Below, piece by piece: positions 26,391 through 37,483 of a stretch of 64,000 nt of DNA. The position numbers and the translations under genes are program-made. Below the pieces are notes generated by a model. The model was given only the letters and a program-made list of their open reading frames with translations, was not told where the DNA came from and did not search any database. Every line of letters starts with the position of its first letter. Within the stretch, counting starts at the first letter, position 1. The stretch is from positions 5,022,001 to 5,086,000 of the forward strand of contig CM007991.1 of assembly GCA_002189035.1 (NCBI GenBank), in the 5' to 3' direction. The stretch is from Utricularia gibba (lineage: Eukaryota > Plantae > Magnoliophyta).

Positions 26391-28098
26391 GCGAGTGGTG
26401 TTGTTTTCCTTTTTGTCGTCTGTTCGATTCAATTGGATGGAATGGAAGTAGATGGGGATTTTTTACATGGAAACCACCGTGAGGCGGAAAAACCACGGAC
26501 TATCGGAGCTCGCCGAAAAAATATTTACTAGATGAAGATGGAGGAGAAGGGTACGGGTCGGGAGGCTTCCTCCTCCTGCCTCCGTCATGATTTCTCCTAT
26601 TTATGGGGGAGGTTGGCCTTGCCGAATTCTCCTTTTTTACAAATGTTGATCGATCATTGTACTTGTGCAAGGGCCTTACTTTTCAGGCAATCGCCACCCA
26701 TTCTGCTATGATTCGGCCGCTTTTCAGGCTATGTCATATGGCCACCGCTGCAGGTCTCTGACACACATCGGTCTGTCGTCATGCACTGTCTCCCTAGGGC
26801 TTCTTTTGGCAGCCTTTTCAGGGACCGATTATCATCGCCCGATTTACACCCCATCAAATTCCATGATAATAAGTTGCATGTGAAGCATTTTATAGTTTTT
26901 CAAAAAGTTCATTTATTTAACACCACATTGAAATTTCTTCCATGAAAGTTACGTTCCAAGTGGCTTGAACCTTACTATTATTATTCATTCATTTGATATA
27001 GGAAAAAGCATCAAGGTCAATGGACATTGATTAAAGCCATTTTATGAAAAATCTTAGGTCCACATGATGTGTTGCCTGCTGCTAGTCAAGGTCCTAGAAC
27101 TATACATTGGTGTTATATGGGAGACAACCCATTGATTTCATAACTCCCTACTTTCCCTTATTTTTTAGTACTCACTACCCCTAAATTGCTTTCATTTCAC
27201 AAGTTCCAATCACCCCGATTCCTCTTGACCATTTCTCTAGTCCCTCTCCCTTCTACCTTTTCAAATTCCTATCTTTACCCACTTTTACCTCCTTCACCAT
27301 TGTAATGAAGACTTCATTTCTCCTCTTGTCACCTAAAATTCCCCTATTTTACTACTCACTATGATTGGCCATCCCACTTCTTCTGTTGCTCAAAGCACAA
27401 GAGCTACCAAGGCAACTAATCGGAATCAGAAAACTACTGCTACACGGGCATCTCAATGGACTCAGCGTCACTGCAATAGTAATCCATTTGCAGCTTCCTT
27501 GCCCACCAAATATGAACATGCTCTTTGCCCAATTCCAAAATCTTTTCCCATCAATGCCACACCCATGACTATACCTAGAGTGATACCTTGTTGTTGTTGG
27601 TGTTGCTTAGCCATAAGCTTCCATCCTAGACTATGCTGAAGTAGTTCCCATGCATGACTGGCTGAAACAATCACTGAAAGAACCACAAATTTCCCAATGT
27701 TACAATTTTTGAATTATATGTTTTCATATAGATTTTTCATTAATAAATAAACAAAATATTTATAAAATATGTAATTATAAAATTTAGTGGTTTATTTCTA
27801 AATGTTTATGAATTAAATATAAAAAATAAATTGAAAATATTTCAAATTTATTTTCAATTGAAATAATTTAATTTTAAAAATACACATATTTTAATAATAA
27901 CGGATTCATATAAAAAAGATGAAAAAAATATAAATATTTAAAAAAATGTATTTCAATAATAATAATAATAATAACAGATAATTTAATAAAAAAAATTGAT
28001 TACATCGAATATTCTAGGAAAAGGACATCCCGTGGCTTACCTAACTGCTGGAGCAAAAATATGCTGTTTACACGATTTGAATAATTAGGGGGAGGGGA

Positions 28099-28127
28099 AG
28101 TCAAAGTCAGGATCCGCCCCCCGCGTT
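28099..28127 (+). promoter_or_regulatory. Candidate W-box (AGTCAA) and CGCGTT (CAMTA/rapid-stress element) upstream of the ATL gene
   Basis: Motifs at 28099-28104 and 28122-28127, with another TTGACT at ~28204. Short motifs that could be chance, but they fit elicitor-inducible ATL genes. Confidence 0.3.
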
Positions 28128-28380
28128 CAAAAATGGAATAATCAAAACTGGTGTTCTCCTCTTCTCTTCACCATTCCATGTGGTGGGCTCCCCCTTCCCC
28201 TTCCTTGACTGGACTTGGAATTTTAACTCTCTGCATTCTCATTGAAAGCTCCCAGAAGCCCCCTTTCTTCCCAAGTCGACTTGACAAATTCATTCTTAGA
28301 ATCCTGGGCGGAGGCTGGAGAGTGCTATAAGGCAAGGCATACCAACGCGCACTCCAATCCCAGAATTCATTGCGGAGACG

Positions 28381-29187
28381 ATGGACAGGCAGCAGCCTGC
28401 TAGGGAGTTGGGCTATGGGTACGCCCTCGGGGGCAGGATTATGCTGTCCGCAATCATTGTTCTCTTCGTCATAGTGGTTTTCATGTCCGCTTTGCATCTC
28501 TACGCGCGATGGTACTTCCTCCGTCTCCGCCGACGCCGCACCCGCCATCGTGGCATCGTCTTCCACGCTGACCATAACCACCACCACCCCACCAATCAGG
28601 GTCTCGACCAGGAGGTCCTGAATTCTCTCCCTTTCTACCCATTCTGCTCCAGCACGGCGGACCCTTCCGTCGTAGACTGCTCCGTGTGCTTGGCGGAATT
28701 TCAAGACAAGGAGGTTGTGCGATCCTTGCCCAAGTGCGGCCATTCTTTCCACATCCAGTGCATCGATATGTGGCTCTACTCCCACTCCTCTTGTCCCCTC
28801 TGTCGCTCTCCGGTACAAGTAGATCAACCCCCCGCCACAACGCCTCCGATGGTCGAACTTGAACAAGCTTCCGTCGGCAACTCTGGTCAGCAGCACTCCA
28901 GCTCTGACTCTGAGGCACGTCATGGTCCCTCCACCTCCACCGATGCTCCATCGTCGTCCGAGTCAAGGAAGGTAGCAAGCGAATTCCCTCTCCGGCTGAG
29001 AATTGATGTCGCCCCTCCAACACTACCGGAGACTGGACTGGAGTCTCCGGGAAGTCGTTTCTTGCAGTTCAAAAGATTGCTCAGCTTCAACAAAAGATTA
29101 TCGCCGGCTGACACCTGCGGCTCGCCGAGGACCTTCACCTCCGAAGTGGACCTAGAAGCGGGTCGGGTACCGCAGACCCCGAGATAG
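28381..29187 (+). CDS. ATL-family RING-H2 E3 ubiquitin ligase, ATL2-like (268 aa, intronless)
   Basis: YALGGRIMLSAIIVLFVIVVFMSALHLYARW transmembrane helix, basic patch, GLD motif and RING-H2 CSVCLAEF...CGHSFHIQCIDMWLYSHSSCPLCR. Confidence 0.96.
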   Translation: MDRQQPARELGYGYALGGRIMLSAIIVLFVIVVFMSALHLYARWYFLRLRRRRTRHRGIVFHADHNHHHPTNQGLDQEVLNSLPFYPFCSSTADPSVVDCSVCLAEFQDKEVVRSLPKCGHSFHIQCIDMWLYSHSSCPLCRSPVQVDQPPATTPPMVELEQASVGNSGQQHSSSDSEARHGPSTSTDAPSSSESRKVASEFPLRLRIDVAPPTLPETGLESPGSRFLQFKRLLSFNKRLSPADTCGSPRTFTSEVDLEAGRVPQTPR

Positions 29188-29660
29188 CTCGCCGCCTGTT
29201 TTCTTTTGGGGTTAAAACAAAAAGAAGCAGAAATGATTGGGTGAGTGTGAATAGATTCGTTGGAATGGTCATTTTTTCTATTATTCATGTTGGTGACTGT
29301 AAATGACATGAACAAGTTTCCATTGATGGGTTTGGGTTAACTCTTCAAAGGAGTTACACAGACAGAAGGTGAGTTCCAAATAACAGAACTACTAATTCTG
29401 GAAGTATGTGTTGTAACCAAGCCTGTCCATAGATGTTGGTTGATGGCCTCTAATTCTGCCGTTAGAATCGCATGGCTCCTCATTCCTATTGATTGTCTAA
29501 TTATGGTTGCCTTCACAACTATAAAATGCGACCTCGTACCAAGATATCCACCACCGAGTTCAGAGGGGGGACTCGATATATCAACCTTTAGAAGAATCCC
29601 ATCCCCCTTGGAGCTCCACAACAGAAACATTAACAAAAAGAAAAAGAAGCAGATTTGAAA

Positions 29661-31409
29661 ATGGGAGGGCAGAAGGTTGCAATTGCGGGCCTGGCCTCCA
29701 TCCTGGTGGTGGCTATGGTGGTAGCTGTAGCCGTTACCCTTACATCAAAGAATTCCACGGCTGGTTCGCCTGCCACATCCAATAAGGCAGTGCAGGCCCT
29801 TTGCTCCTCCACAGACTACAGAGAGACGTGTGAGAGTAGCCTTTCAAATGCCAACACCACAGACCCCAAGGAGCTCATCAAGCTGGGGTTTGATGCCGCC
29901 ATCCAAGCCATTGGGGATGTTCTCAAAAACTCCACACTCCTACAGCAGGCAGCCAAGGATAGCAGTACCAAAGATGCACTTTTTGTGTGTCAAGACGTTC
30001 TCGATGTCGCTATTTATGACCTCAGAAGGTCTTTCGACAAACTGGGAGAATTGGATGAGAAAAAGGTGGGTGAGTATGTTGAGGATCTCCGGACATGGCT
30101 TAGCGGGGTGGTCACAAACGAGGAAACGTGCATTGATGCATTCGACAACACTACATCAACTGAGACTGCCGACAAGATGAAAAGCCTTTTGAAAACGGCT
30201 CGAGAATTGTCCAGCAATAGTTTGGCGATGGTCACCGATCTTTCTTCTATTCTGGGGCAGCTGCAGATTGGAACGGCTGCTGCTATAAGCGGAAATGTGA
30301 GCAGCAACAGAAAACTCCTGTCGATGGAGGAACCGGAGTGGGTGCAGCACAAGATGAGGATGTTGGTGGGTGCCAAACCCGTCCTGGTTGCGCTTGATGG
30401 AAGCGGGCGCTATAGGAGCATCAATGAAGCAATTAAATCTGCCCCATCCAAAAGCGCTGCTCCCTACGTCATTCATGTCAAGGCCGGACTGTACAAGGAA
30501 TATGTAAGTGTTCCCAAGGGAAAGAACAACATTGTCTTGATAGGAGATGGACCCACAAGGACCAGAGTCACTGGTAGGAAGAGCTATGCTGGTGGTGTCA
30601 AGACCTTCCAATCGTGCACTGTCGGTAAGTTCTCTCTCTGCCTCTTTTATTGTCAGAAAAAAAAAAGGGGGAGGGGTGGCAGTGACAGGAAATTGTGTTT
30701 TCTGGGCGATGCTGAAGGTGTGGATGGGGATGGTTTCGTGGCAAAGGACATCGGGTTCGAGAACACGGCAGGACCCGAGGGGCACCAGGCTGTGGCTCTC
30801 CGGGCATCAGGGGACTTGGGAGTGTTCTTCAACGTTCACATGGATGGATATCAGGACACACTTTACGCACACACCGGGCGCCAATTCTACCGCAACTGTC
30901 GCATTACTGGTACCGTCGACTTTGTGTTCGGCAATGCGCTCTCCATCTTCCAGAATTGCCAGTTCATCGTACGTAAGCCCATGGGAGGGCAATCCTGTAT
31001 GGTGACTGCCCAAGGCCGCGAGGATAGAAAGAGTAATGGTGCCATAGTGATCCAGAACGGAGAAATCAGATCGGAGCCGGCATTCATTAACGCCAGACCA
31101 AAGTTTGAGGCTTACTTGGGTCGCCCATGGAAGCTGTATTCCAGGACAATCATCATGCAGTCCTACATCGGTGGATCGATTCAGCCGCAGGGTTGGTTTC
31201 CATGGTCCGGAAACTTCGCACTGGACACATTGTACTACGCTGAATACAACAACCGGGGGCCTGGATCCAGCACTGCCCGTCGGGTGAAGTGGGGAGGAAT
31301 CAAGCACATCACACCGCAGATTGCTGCAACCTTTACTCCTGGAAGAGCTTACGGCGGCGACCAGTGGATCAGAAGAGCGGGGATACCCTATGTTTCTGGG
31401 ATGATGTAA
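29661..31409 (+). CDS. Type I pectin methylesterase with PMEI pro-domain (2 exons; intron 30625-30717; ~551 aa spliced)
   Basis: N-terminal TM helix, PMEI cysteines, RKLL processing site and catalytic motifs QAVAL, QDTL, GTVDFVFG, YLGRPW. ATG is at 29661 (the ORF-track start at 29655 is TTG). Removing GTAAGT...GAAG restores SCTVGVDGDGF. Confidence 0.96.
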   Translation: MGGQKVAIAGLASILVVAMVVAVAVTLTSKNSTAGSPATSNKAVQALCSSTDYRETCESSLSNANTTDPKELIKLGFDAAIQAIGDVLKNSTLLQQAAKDSSTKDALFVCQDVLDVAIYDLRRSFDKLGELDEKKVGEYVEDLRTWLSGVVTNEETCIDAFDNTTSTETADKMKSLLKTARELSSNSLAMVTDLSSILGQLQIGTAAAISGNVSSNRKLLSMEEPEWVQHKMRMLVGAKPVLVALDGSGRYRSINEAIKSAPSKSAAPYVIHVKAGLYKEYVSVPKGKNNIVLIGDGPTRTRVTGRKSYAGGVKTFQSCTVGKFSLCLFYCQKKKRGRGGSDRKLCFLGDAEGVDGDGFVAKDIGFENTAGPEGHQAVALRASGDLGVFFNVHMDGYQDTLYAHTGRQFYRNCRITGTVDFVFGNALSIFQNCQFIVRKPMGGQSCMVTAQGREDRKSNGAIVIQNGEIRSEPAFINARPKFEAYLGRPWKLYSRTIIMQSYIGGSIQPQGWFPWSGNFALDTLYYAEYNNRGPGSSTARRVKWGGIKHITPQIAATFTPGRAYGGDQWIRRAGIPYVSGMM

Positions 31410-32798
31410 CCGCGATTATGCACGCACCCATACAATAAACACAAGTATTCTTTGATTGTGTATTTTCACACTAATAATAAATTAGAGCCAAATGGAGACC
31501 AATGCCCCTGACCTGAACAAGACAAAGCAGAGACAAGAGATCACAAAAGTCTCAAGGTGGCTGTGAATCAGAAGAAAATTATCATTTACGTCTTAAGGTG
31601 ACTAATTAAGCCATCCTTTTGAAGGCAGCTTTTTAAAGACTAGTTATTTTCAAGGAGACACAACACCCTGATAAACCACTTGTAATTTTCAATATCCTAA
31701 ACCTGCTACTGCTACTCGATCCAGAGTACTGCTGTTGCTCATAGAGCCGTCGGGTCATTTTCAAAACCATACACTGCAAAAAAATCCAATTCCAAAACCA
31801 TTCATTGTGTGTACTATGTGTACAAAAACACCCATCCTAACTTTTTCATTTCTTTTTTGAATTATTTTTATTTTTAGATATCATACACATTTAAATATAA
31901 TAAATATATACATTTAAATAATATAATTTCTGTTATAAATATGCCATATTTTTTTTAAAACATTGTTTATGTCACTCAAACTAACTAATTAATAAAATAT
32001 TTTTAAAAAATTACACATAATTATAATTGTATAATTTTAAAATAAAAAAATACACATATTTATATTTCTAATATTCCTCAAGATATTTACGTTTTTTTTA
32101 AATTACAAATATAATACATATATATTATATGTATCATTATTTTTGACCATATAATAATAGAAATCATGTTTTCTTATATATTATAATTATATTTCGATTA
32201 ATGAAAACAAATTTTACATATATTAATTTATATTGAAACTCATGCCTACAATATAAATTACAGTGTTCGAGATTTTCAAGCACCGTAATAATCTATTACA
32301 CTTACTAGAAATGTACAATAATTTTAAAATAATAACAAAATATAATATTTATATTCATAATATTCCACAAGATATTCGATTTTTTTGAAAAAATACAAAG
32401 ATATATTTTATATGAATCATTATAATACATATATATCTATAATGTGTCGATTTTTTTTATAATACAATAATAGAATTCATGTTTTACTATATCCTAATTG
32501 TATTTCAATTTTATATATGTTAATTATGTTAACCAATCACTACAATTCGTCAATTACAGTTACCAGAAATGAAAGTAATATAAGTAATACGATAATTCTC
32601 TATTTTTTACAATCATTGTGATCATGAATTACAATTACCAGAAATAAAAGTAATATAAGTGAAACGAAAATTGTTTATTTTTTCCAAAAACAAAAGTAAT
32701 ATAAAGGAAACGATAATTGTATAATTATGCTGATCACTGTAATTCATCAATTACAGTTACCAGGCAAATAATATTTTACATATTGATAATATTTATCT

Positions 32799-35555
32799 TT
32801 ATTTCATAAACGACCCAAAAAATTTACGCATAAGTGACTTCTGCTTCCTAGGCTGTTGAGTAGACGAGCTAGGAAGATCAAACCTAGTGTTCATACCTTG
32901 AGGTCGTTCTTGAAGAGATGACCATGGTTGTTGAGAAACACCTTCGAAATCACGGTGATGTGGTACATTAATAGATACCCGATAGCTCTGAGGTGGACTA
33001 TGTGCAGGTGAAGCTGTATCTTGTGAAAATCTTGGTCTCCCACTATGTCCACTTCTCCTTCCTGTGCTCCTTCCCCTATCCATATTCATCCTATATCGTG
33101 AACTACGTGTACGACCATGTCTAATCACCTTTTTACGTGTAGGATCATAAATGAGAGGCATTGTTGCTGGCCAATGTCTCTCTGCTCGAAGTGAATGGAA
33201 TTGGACCTTGTATGCTTTCAACAAATGTTGTTGTAAGTGTATGGGATCCACATATTGTCTTGAATCAACTCCAAGTCTCTTGCATGCCTGAAATAAACAT
33301 GTCTTTCATATTGAATAAATGAACATTATCCTATTGTGCATGTGAGTATGGTATTCCATAATTTTTCCATTTGTAGCACGTGCATTTGCCCTCCTTAATG
33401 CGCACCACACAAACATTATCTTTCCCATTTGCTTTCCTTCGGGTGATTACATGAACTATCATTTCGTAGCGATCATAAATCTCTACTCTTGAATAAGGAT
33501 GAGACTTGTCCCAATGATCAAACAATCGTTGCGCTTGTGTCGAAAGGACTTCATTCTTCCTTTGTGCCTTTAGTGCCAACTTCAAACCTTCTGAAATATA
33601 CTTTTTACATCGAGCAAATGTAGCCTGCATGTTATTATATTCAAAATTTTCGTTAAATTTAAAACACAAAACACAAATTAATCATACCTGAGCCAATGGC
33701 GTTAGTGGGAGATGTCGTGCTCCTTTCAAAACACCGTTCATTCCTTCAACTTGATTGGTAGTCATTGTTCCATATCTTCGGCCACCATCGTGAGATATTG
33801 TCCAAGCCTTCGGAGGAACATTCATTAAGTAGTTCCAAGCTGCGATATTTATCATTTTAAGCTCTTCCATATAATCATAGAATTTCTCCACGTACCCGGT
33901 GAATGATGCTTTAAGGAACAACATTCGAACCAGCTCAGATTTAAATCTGTCAAAGAAATTTGCTCGAAAATGGTGAAAGCAATAGCGATGACATCCTCCA
34001 AATTCTTCACTGAATGTTGTAACTCTGATTGCTGCCTTTCGAATAGAGTCACATCTATCAGAAATCAAGCATGTGGGTTTTCCCAAAGCAATATATGTTC
34101 CCACTAGCTCTAGAAACCATAGCCAAGAAGCATCAGTTTCTTCATCTACTATGGCAAAGGCAAGCGGTAAAATCTTTCCACATTGAGAGACGGTCACCGC
34201 AATGAGCATTTTGTGCCTGTATGTCGCATACAAGTGCGTTGCATCGACTGAAATAACCGAACGGGTGTGCTGGTAGGCATGTATACATGATCCAAATGCC
34301 CAGAAGTAATAGTGCAATGTGACTCCATCTTCCTTATTCCTCCATTGGATTACGGTGCCTGGATTTTGTAAGGCAACTTCATTTAATAAAGTTGGAAGTT
34401 TCTTTACTGATTCCTCCCATGTGCCATACACCTTCTCAAAGGCCTTTCGCATTCCATACCATGCACGTTTGTACGGTACTTCATAACCAGTTCTATCTAA
34501 CACAGCTGCAATAATAGTTGACACTTTGGTCCCAATGTCTGCTTCAATAAATGGCTTGACAATCTCAGAGATATAATCATGATTGATGTTTCTGTGATAA
34601 AAGAATCCCGCCCCCTACCGCTTGCATGTGTGGGGCTCAATAAGCTTTGAGATCTTCCATTTTCCCAATCGTTTATAATGAGCTACGCGAATCCTCCAGT
34701 GACAATTTTGAGTGTCACTGGAAAATTTTGAGTGTCACTAGAGTCTTGCAATACATTTCCAAGACTCTAGGCTCAATGTCATCAACAGTGAACTCCTTTC
34801 CAATTTCAATGGAAAATTCTCTAACTTGTCTTCGAAAATCTTCTTTATCTTCAAATAGATCACCTTCCTTGAATCTCGGTTCATATTGATGTGTGTATAC
34901 TCCATGATTACTTGATTCTTCCTCTATATCATGTAAACTTGAGTTAGGAAACCATTCCGAATCACAACTTGCGTTTCCTTCAAGCACATTCTCTTCGCCT
35001 TCTGAGTTTTGAGGAGTATGATCAATATCGGGAACCTCATTTTCATTAGTGAATTGCATAAATGAATCGCCATCAATATTTTGGACTGGACCGAAATCAT
35101 AATCCACATATTCATCTATAGAAAAAAAGAATAACATAAAATTAAAAAAAAACATATATAATTTCAAAATTTACAAGAAAGAAATAGTCATTACCGTTGT
35201 CTCCAATTTGTGTGTGAGGTTCTTTTGAAAAAAATGGGTCGTATTCCACAAATAAATCCACCGGAGCAATAACATGGTTAGGTTCATGAAGATAATCTAG
35301 GTTACTCTATGTCTCTAAATTCAAATACATCATTTCTCTAGTCACAACATCAAAAAATTGGGCTGATAATCTAAGAATGAATCTCGAAGAAGACAATTGA
35401 ACAATCTGATATAACCTTTCTTTTAATTCTTCCAATGAAATAGCGGCATCTGATTGAAAAAATTGGATTGGTGCCACACTATAACTTACGTAATTCCTGT
35501 AATTATAGATTTGACCTCCAAAGAAGACCTTATATGAGACAGATCTGAAAGCCAT
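32799..35555 (-). pseudogene. MuDR/MULE transposase (mudrA-like), spliced, degenerate
   Basis: MuDR domain FKEGDLFEDKEDFRRQVREFSI; DDE core VISVDATHLY...PLAFAIVDEET..SWLWFL...LISDR...HRYCFHH; SWIM with Cys>Tyr (CTCYKW..YGIPYSHA). Probable ATG at 35555. Stop at 35307 and a small duplication at ~34700. Confidence 0.9.
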
Positions 35556-36899
35556 CCAAATAGAGAGATATGTAAGAATGAGGTTGTAAGAAGATGAGGT
35601 TCTGGAGAGGGATGAAAGAATGGTTTTCAAAAGCCTTTCAATTTGAACAATTAGGTCATGTGATTGATTCATGTGAGTCCAAAACATGGGACACATGTCA
35701 ATAAACTTTATTGATCTTGGAACATATAGGTGTCGGTGTTGTCGGCTGATAATGAAATATAGGCGGCACACCGCAATGGAGAAACCAGTGAGCATCCAAA
35801 GATATAATCAAAATTACATAAATTAATTAAGATTTACTATGTTTAACAACCTGAAAACGTGTGATTAAGTGTATGTGTGTGATGCAATAGAGAGTATGTG
35901 TATACTTTTCCAGTTTTTCGAGTAAAAAAAGTTGAAATCAAAGAATTTTTCACAATGAAATACATTCTCATTACTACATCTAAAACACTACATACACATT
36001 CATTTCACGTTTTTTTGAATCTTATTCATGTATGTAAAAAAAATCGTAATAAGTTGCAAATCATATGTAATTCATAACTATGTTCAATATATGATCATAT
36101 TTTTTAATCCCGTCTTCAAAACATTAATCAGATGGATTTATAGGGTGACCATCCGTATATTTAAACATTAATTCATAACCGTATATTCAATTACGGTGAC
36201 CATCCGTAAATCTGCTATTTTTAGTAGAATCGCGTCAAATTTTACTTCGCGCGCCTTCCATTTATCACGTGCTACAATATCTTTGACTGAAAAAGTATTA
36301 TTCGGTTCCTGATAAAACAGACAGACAATTTTCCTGAATTTATTTAATTGGGTTTTAAAAAACAAATTAATTACTTTAAAAATTTATTTAACCATTTTTC
36401 TCTTCCTTCAACCACTGTATCAATCTTCACATTTCAAAGGTTTTTTCACGCAAAACAGGTATGCTTTATGTGTAATTTTTGTTTATGTTTATTTATATCT
36501 TAATGGTCATAGTATTGGGTTCTCTATTTCACGAGGATCTGAAAGCATACAAGATTTGTTTTATCTGAGAATTTTCATCACTGTATTGATTAATGTTGTG
36601 AGTGAATCTAAAAAGGATGGATGGCTTTCTTTTTTTTTTTTTGAAATTATAGTCACCATAATGCGTTTGTTACAATGCATTGCTCTAAAAGTATCCCCAC
36701 TCTTTTTCATTTTGAAATTACGGTCACTGTAATGTGCAAAGATCTCTAAGCATATGAAACGTTATTTTACTCTCGCCACCGTATTATGCGATAATTGCGG
36801 TGCGTTGCTCTGAAAGTATGCATATGTTTATTATATTTTGGATTTGTAGTCACCGTAATTCGTTCATTATAGTGCATGGCTTTATGCAAATGTTTTTTT

Positions 36900-37450
36900 G
36901 TTTTGTATTTTTCATCACTGTAATGTGTTCATTGTGGTGTGTGGCTTTGAAAGTATGTGAAATTTATTTTATTGTGAAATTTTAGTCAGTGTAATGCGAT
37001 CATTGCGGTGTGTGGCTATGAAATTATGCAAAGTTTATTTTATTGTGACATTTTAGTCACTGTATCTCTTTTATTATGACATTTTAGTCACTGTATCTCT
37101 TTTATTGTGATGTGTGGCCATGAAATTATGTGAAGTTGATTTTATTGTGACATTTTAGTCACTGTATCTCTTTCATTGCGATGTGTGGTTATTAAATTTT
37201 GTGAAGTTCATTTTATTGTGAAATTTTAGTCATTGTAATGCCTTCATTGCGGTGTGTGGCTATGAAATTATACGACGCTTATTTTATTATAAAATTTGAG
37301 TCATTGAAATGCTTTCATTGCAGTGTGTGGCTATGAAATTTTAGTCACTGTAATGCTTTCATTGCAGTGTGTGGCTATGAAATTATACGAAATTTATTTT
37401 ATTATGAAATTTTAGTTACTGAAATGCTTTCATTACAGTTTATGGATTTG
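36900..37450. repeat. ~71-bp tandem array (about 7 units, some truncated) in the probable first intron of the MULE 1 accessory gene
   Basis: Unit ~GTGTGTGGCTATGAAATTATGTGAAGTTTATTTTATTGTGAAATTTTAGTCACTGTAATGCTTTCATTGCG. More degenerate copies extend back to ~36650. Confidence 0.9.
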
Positions 37451-37483
37451 AAAGTATCCATTTTCATTGTTCTTTATGCAGAG

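Noticed and set aside
26390-26860. GC-richer LTR-like fragment (TGATGGGGTG start on the - strand)
   Set aside because: No second copy, PBS, PPT or TSD in the window to support the call.
27955-27972. (AAT)6 microsatellite and surrounding AT-rich tract
   Set aside because: Ordinary low-complexity sequence.
28168-29315. Long antisense ORFs over the ATL gene
   Set aside because: Shadow frames of a GC-rich coding sequence, with no recognisable motifs.
29630-31307. Multiple overlapping alternative-frame and antisense ORFs over the PME gene
   Set aside because: Shadow ORFs. The PMEI-PME frame explains the region.
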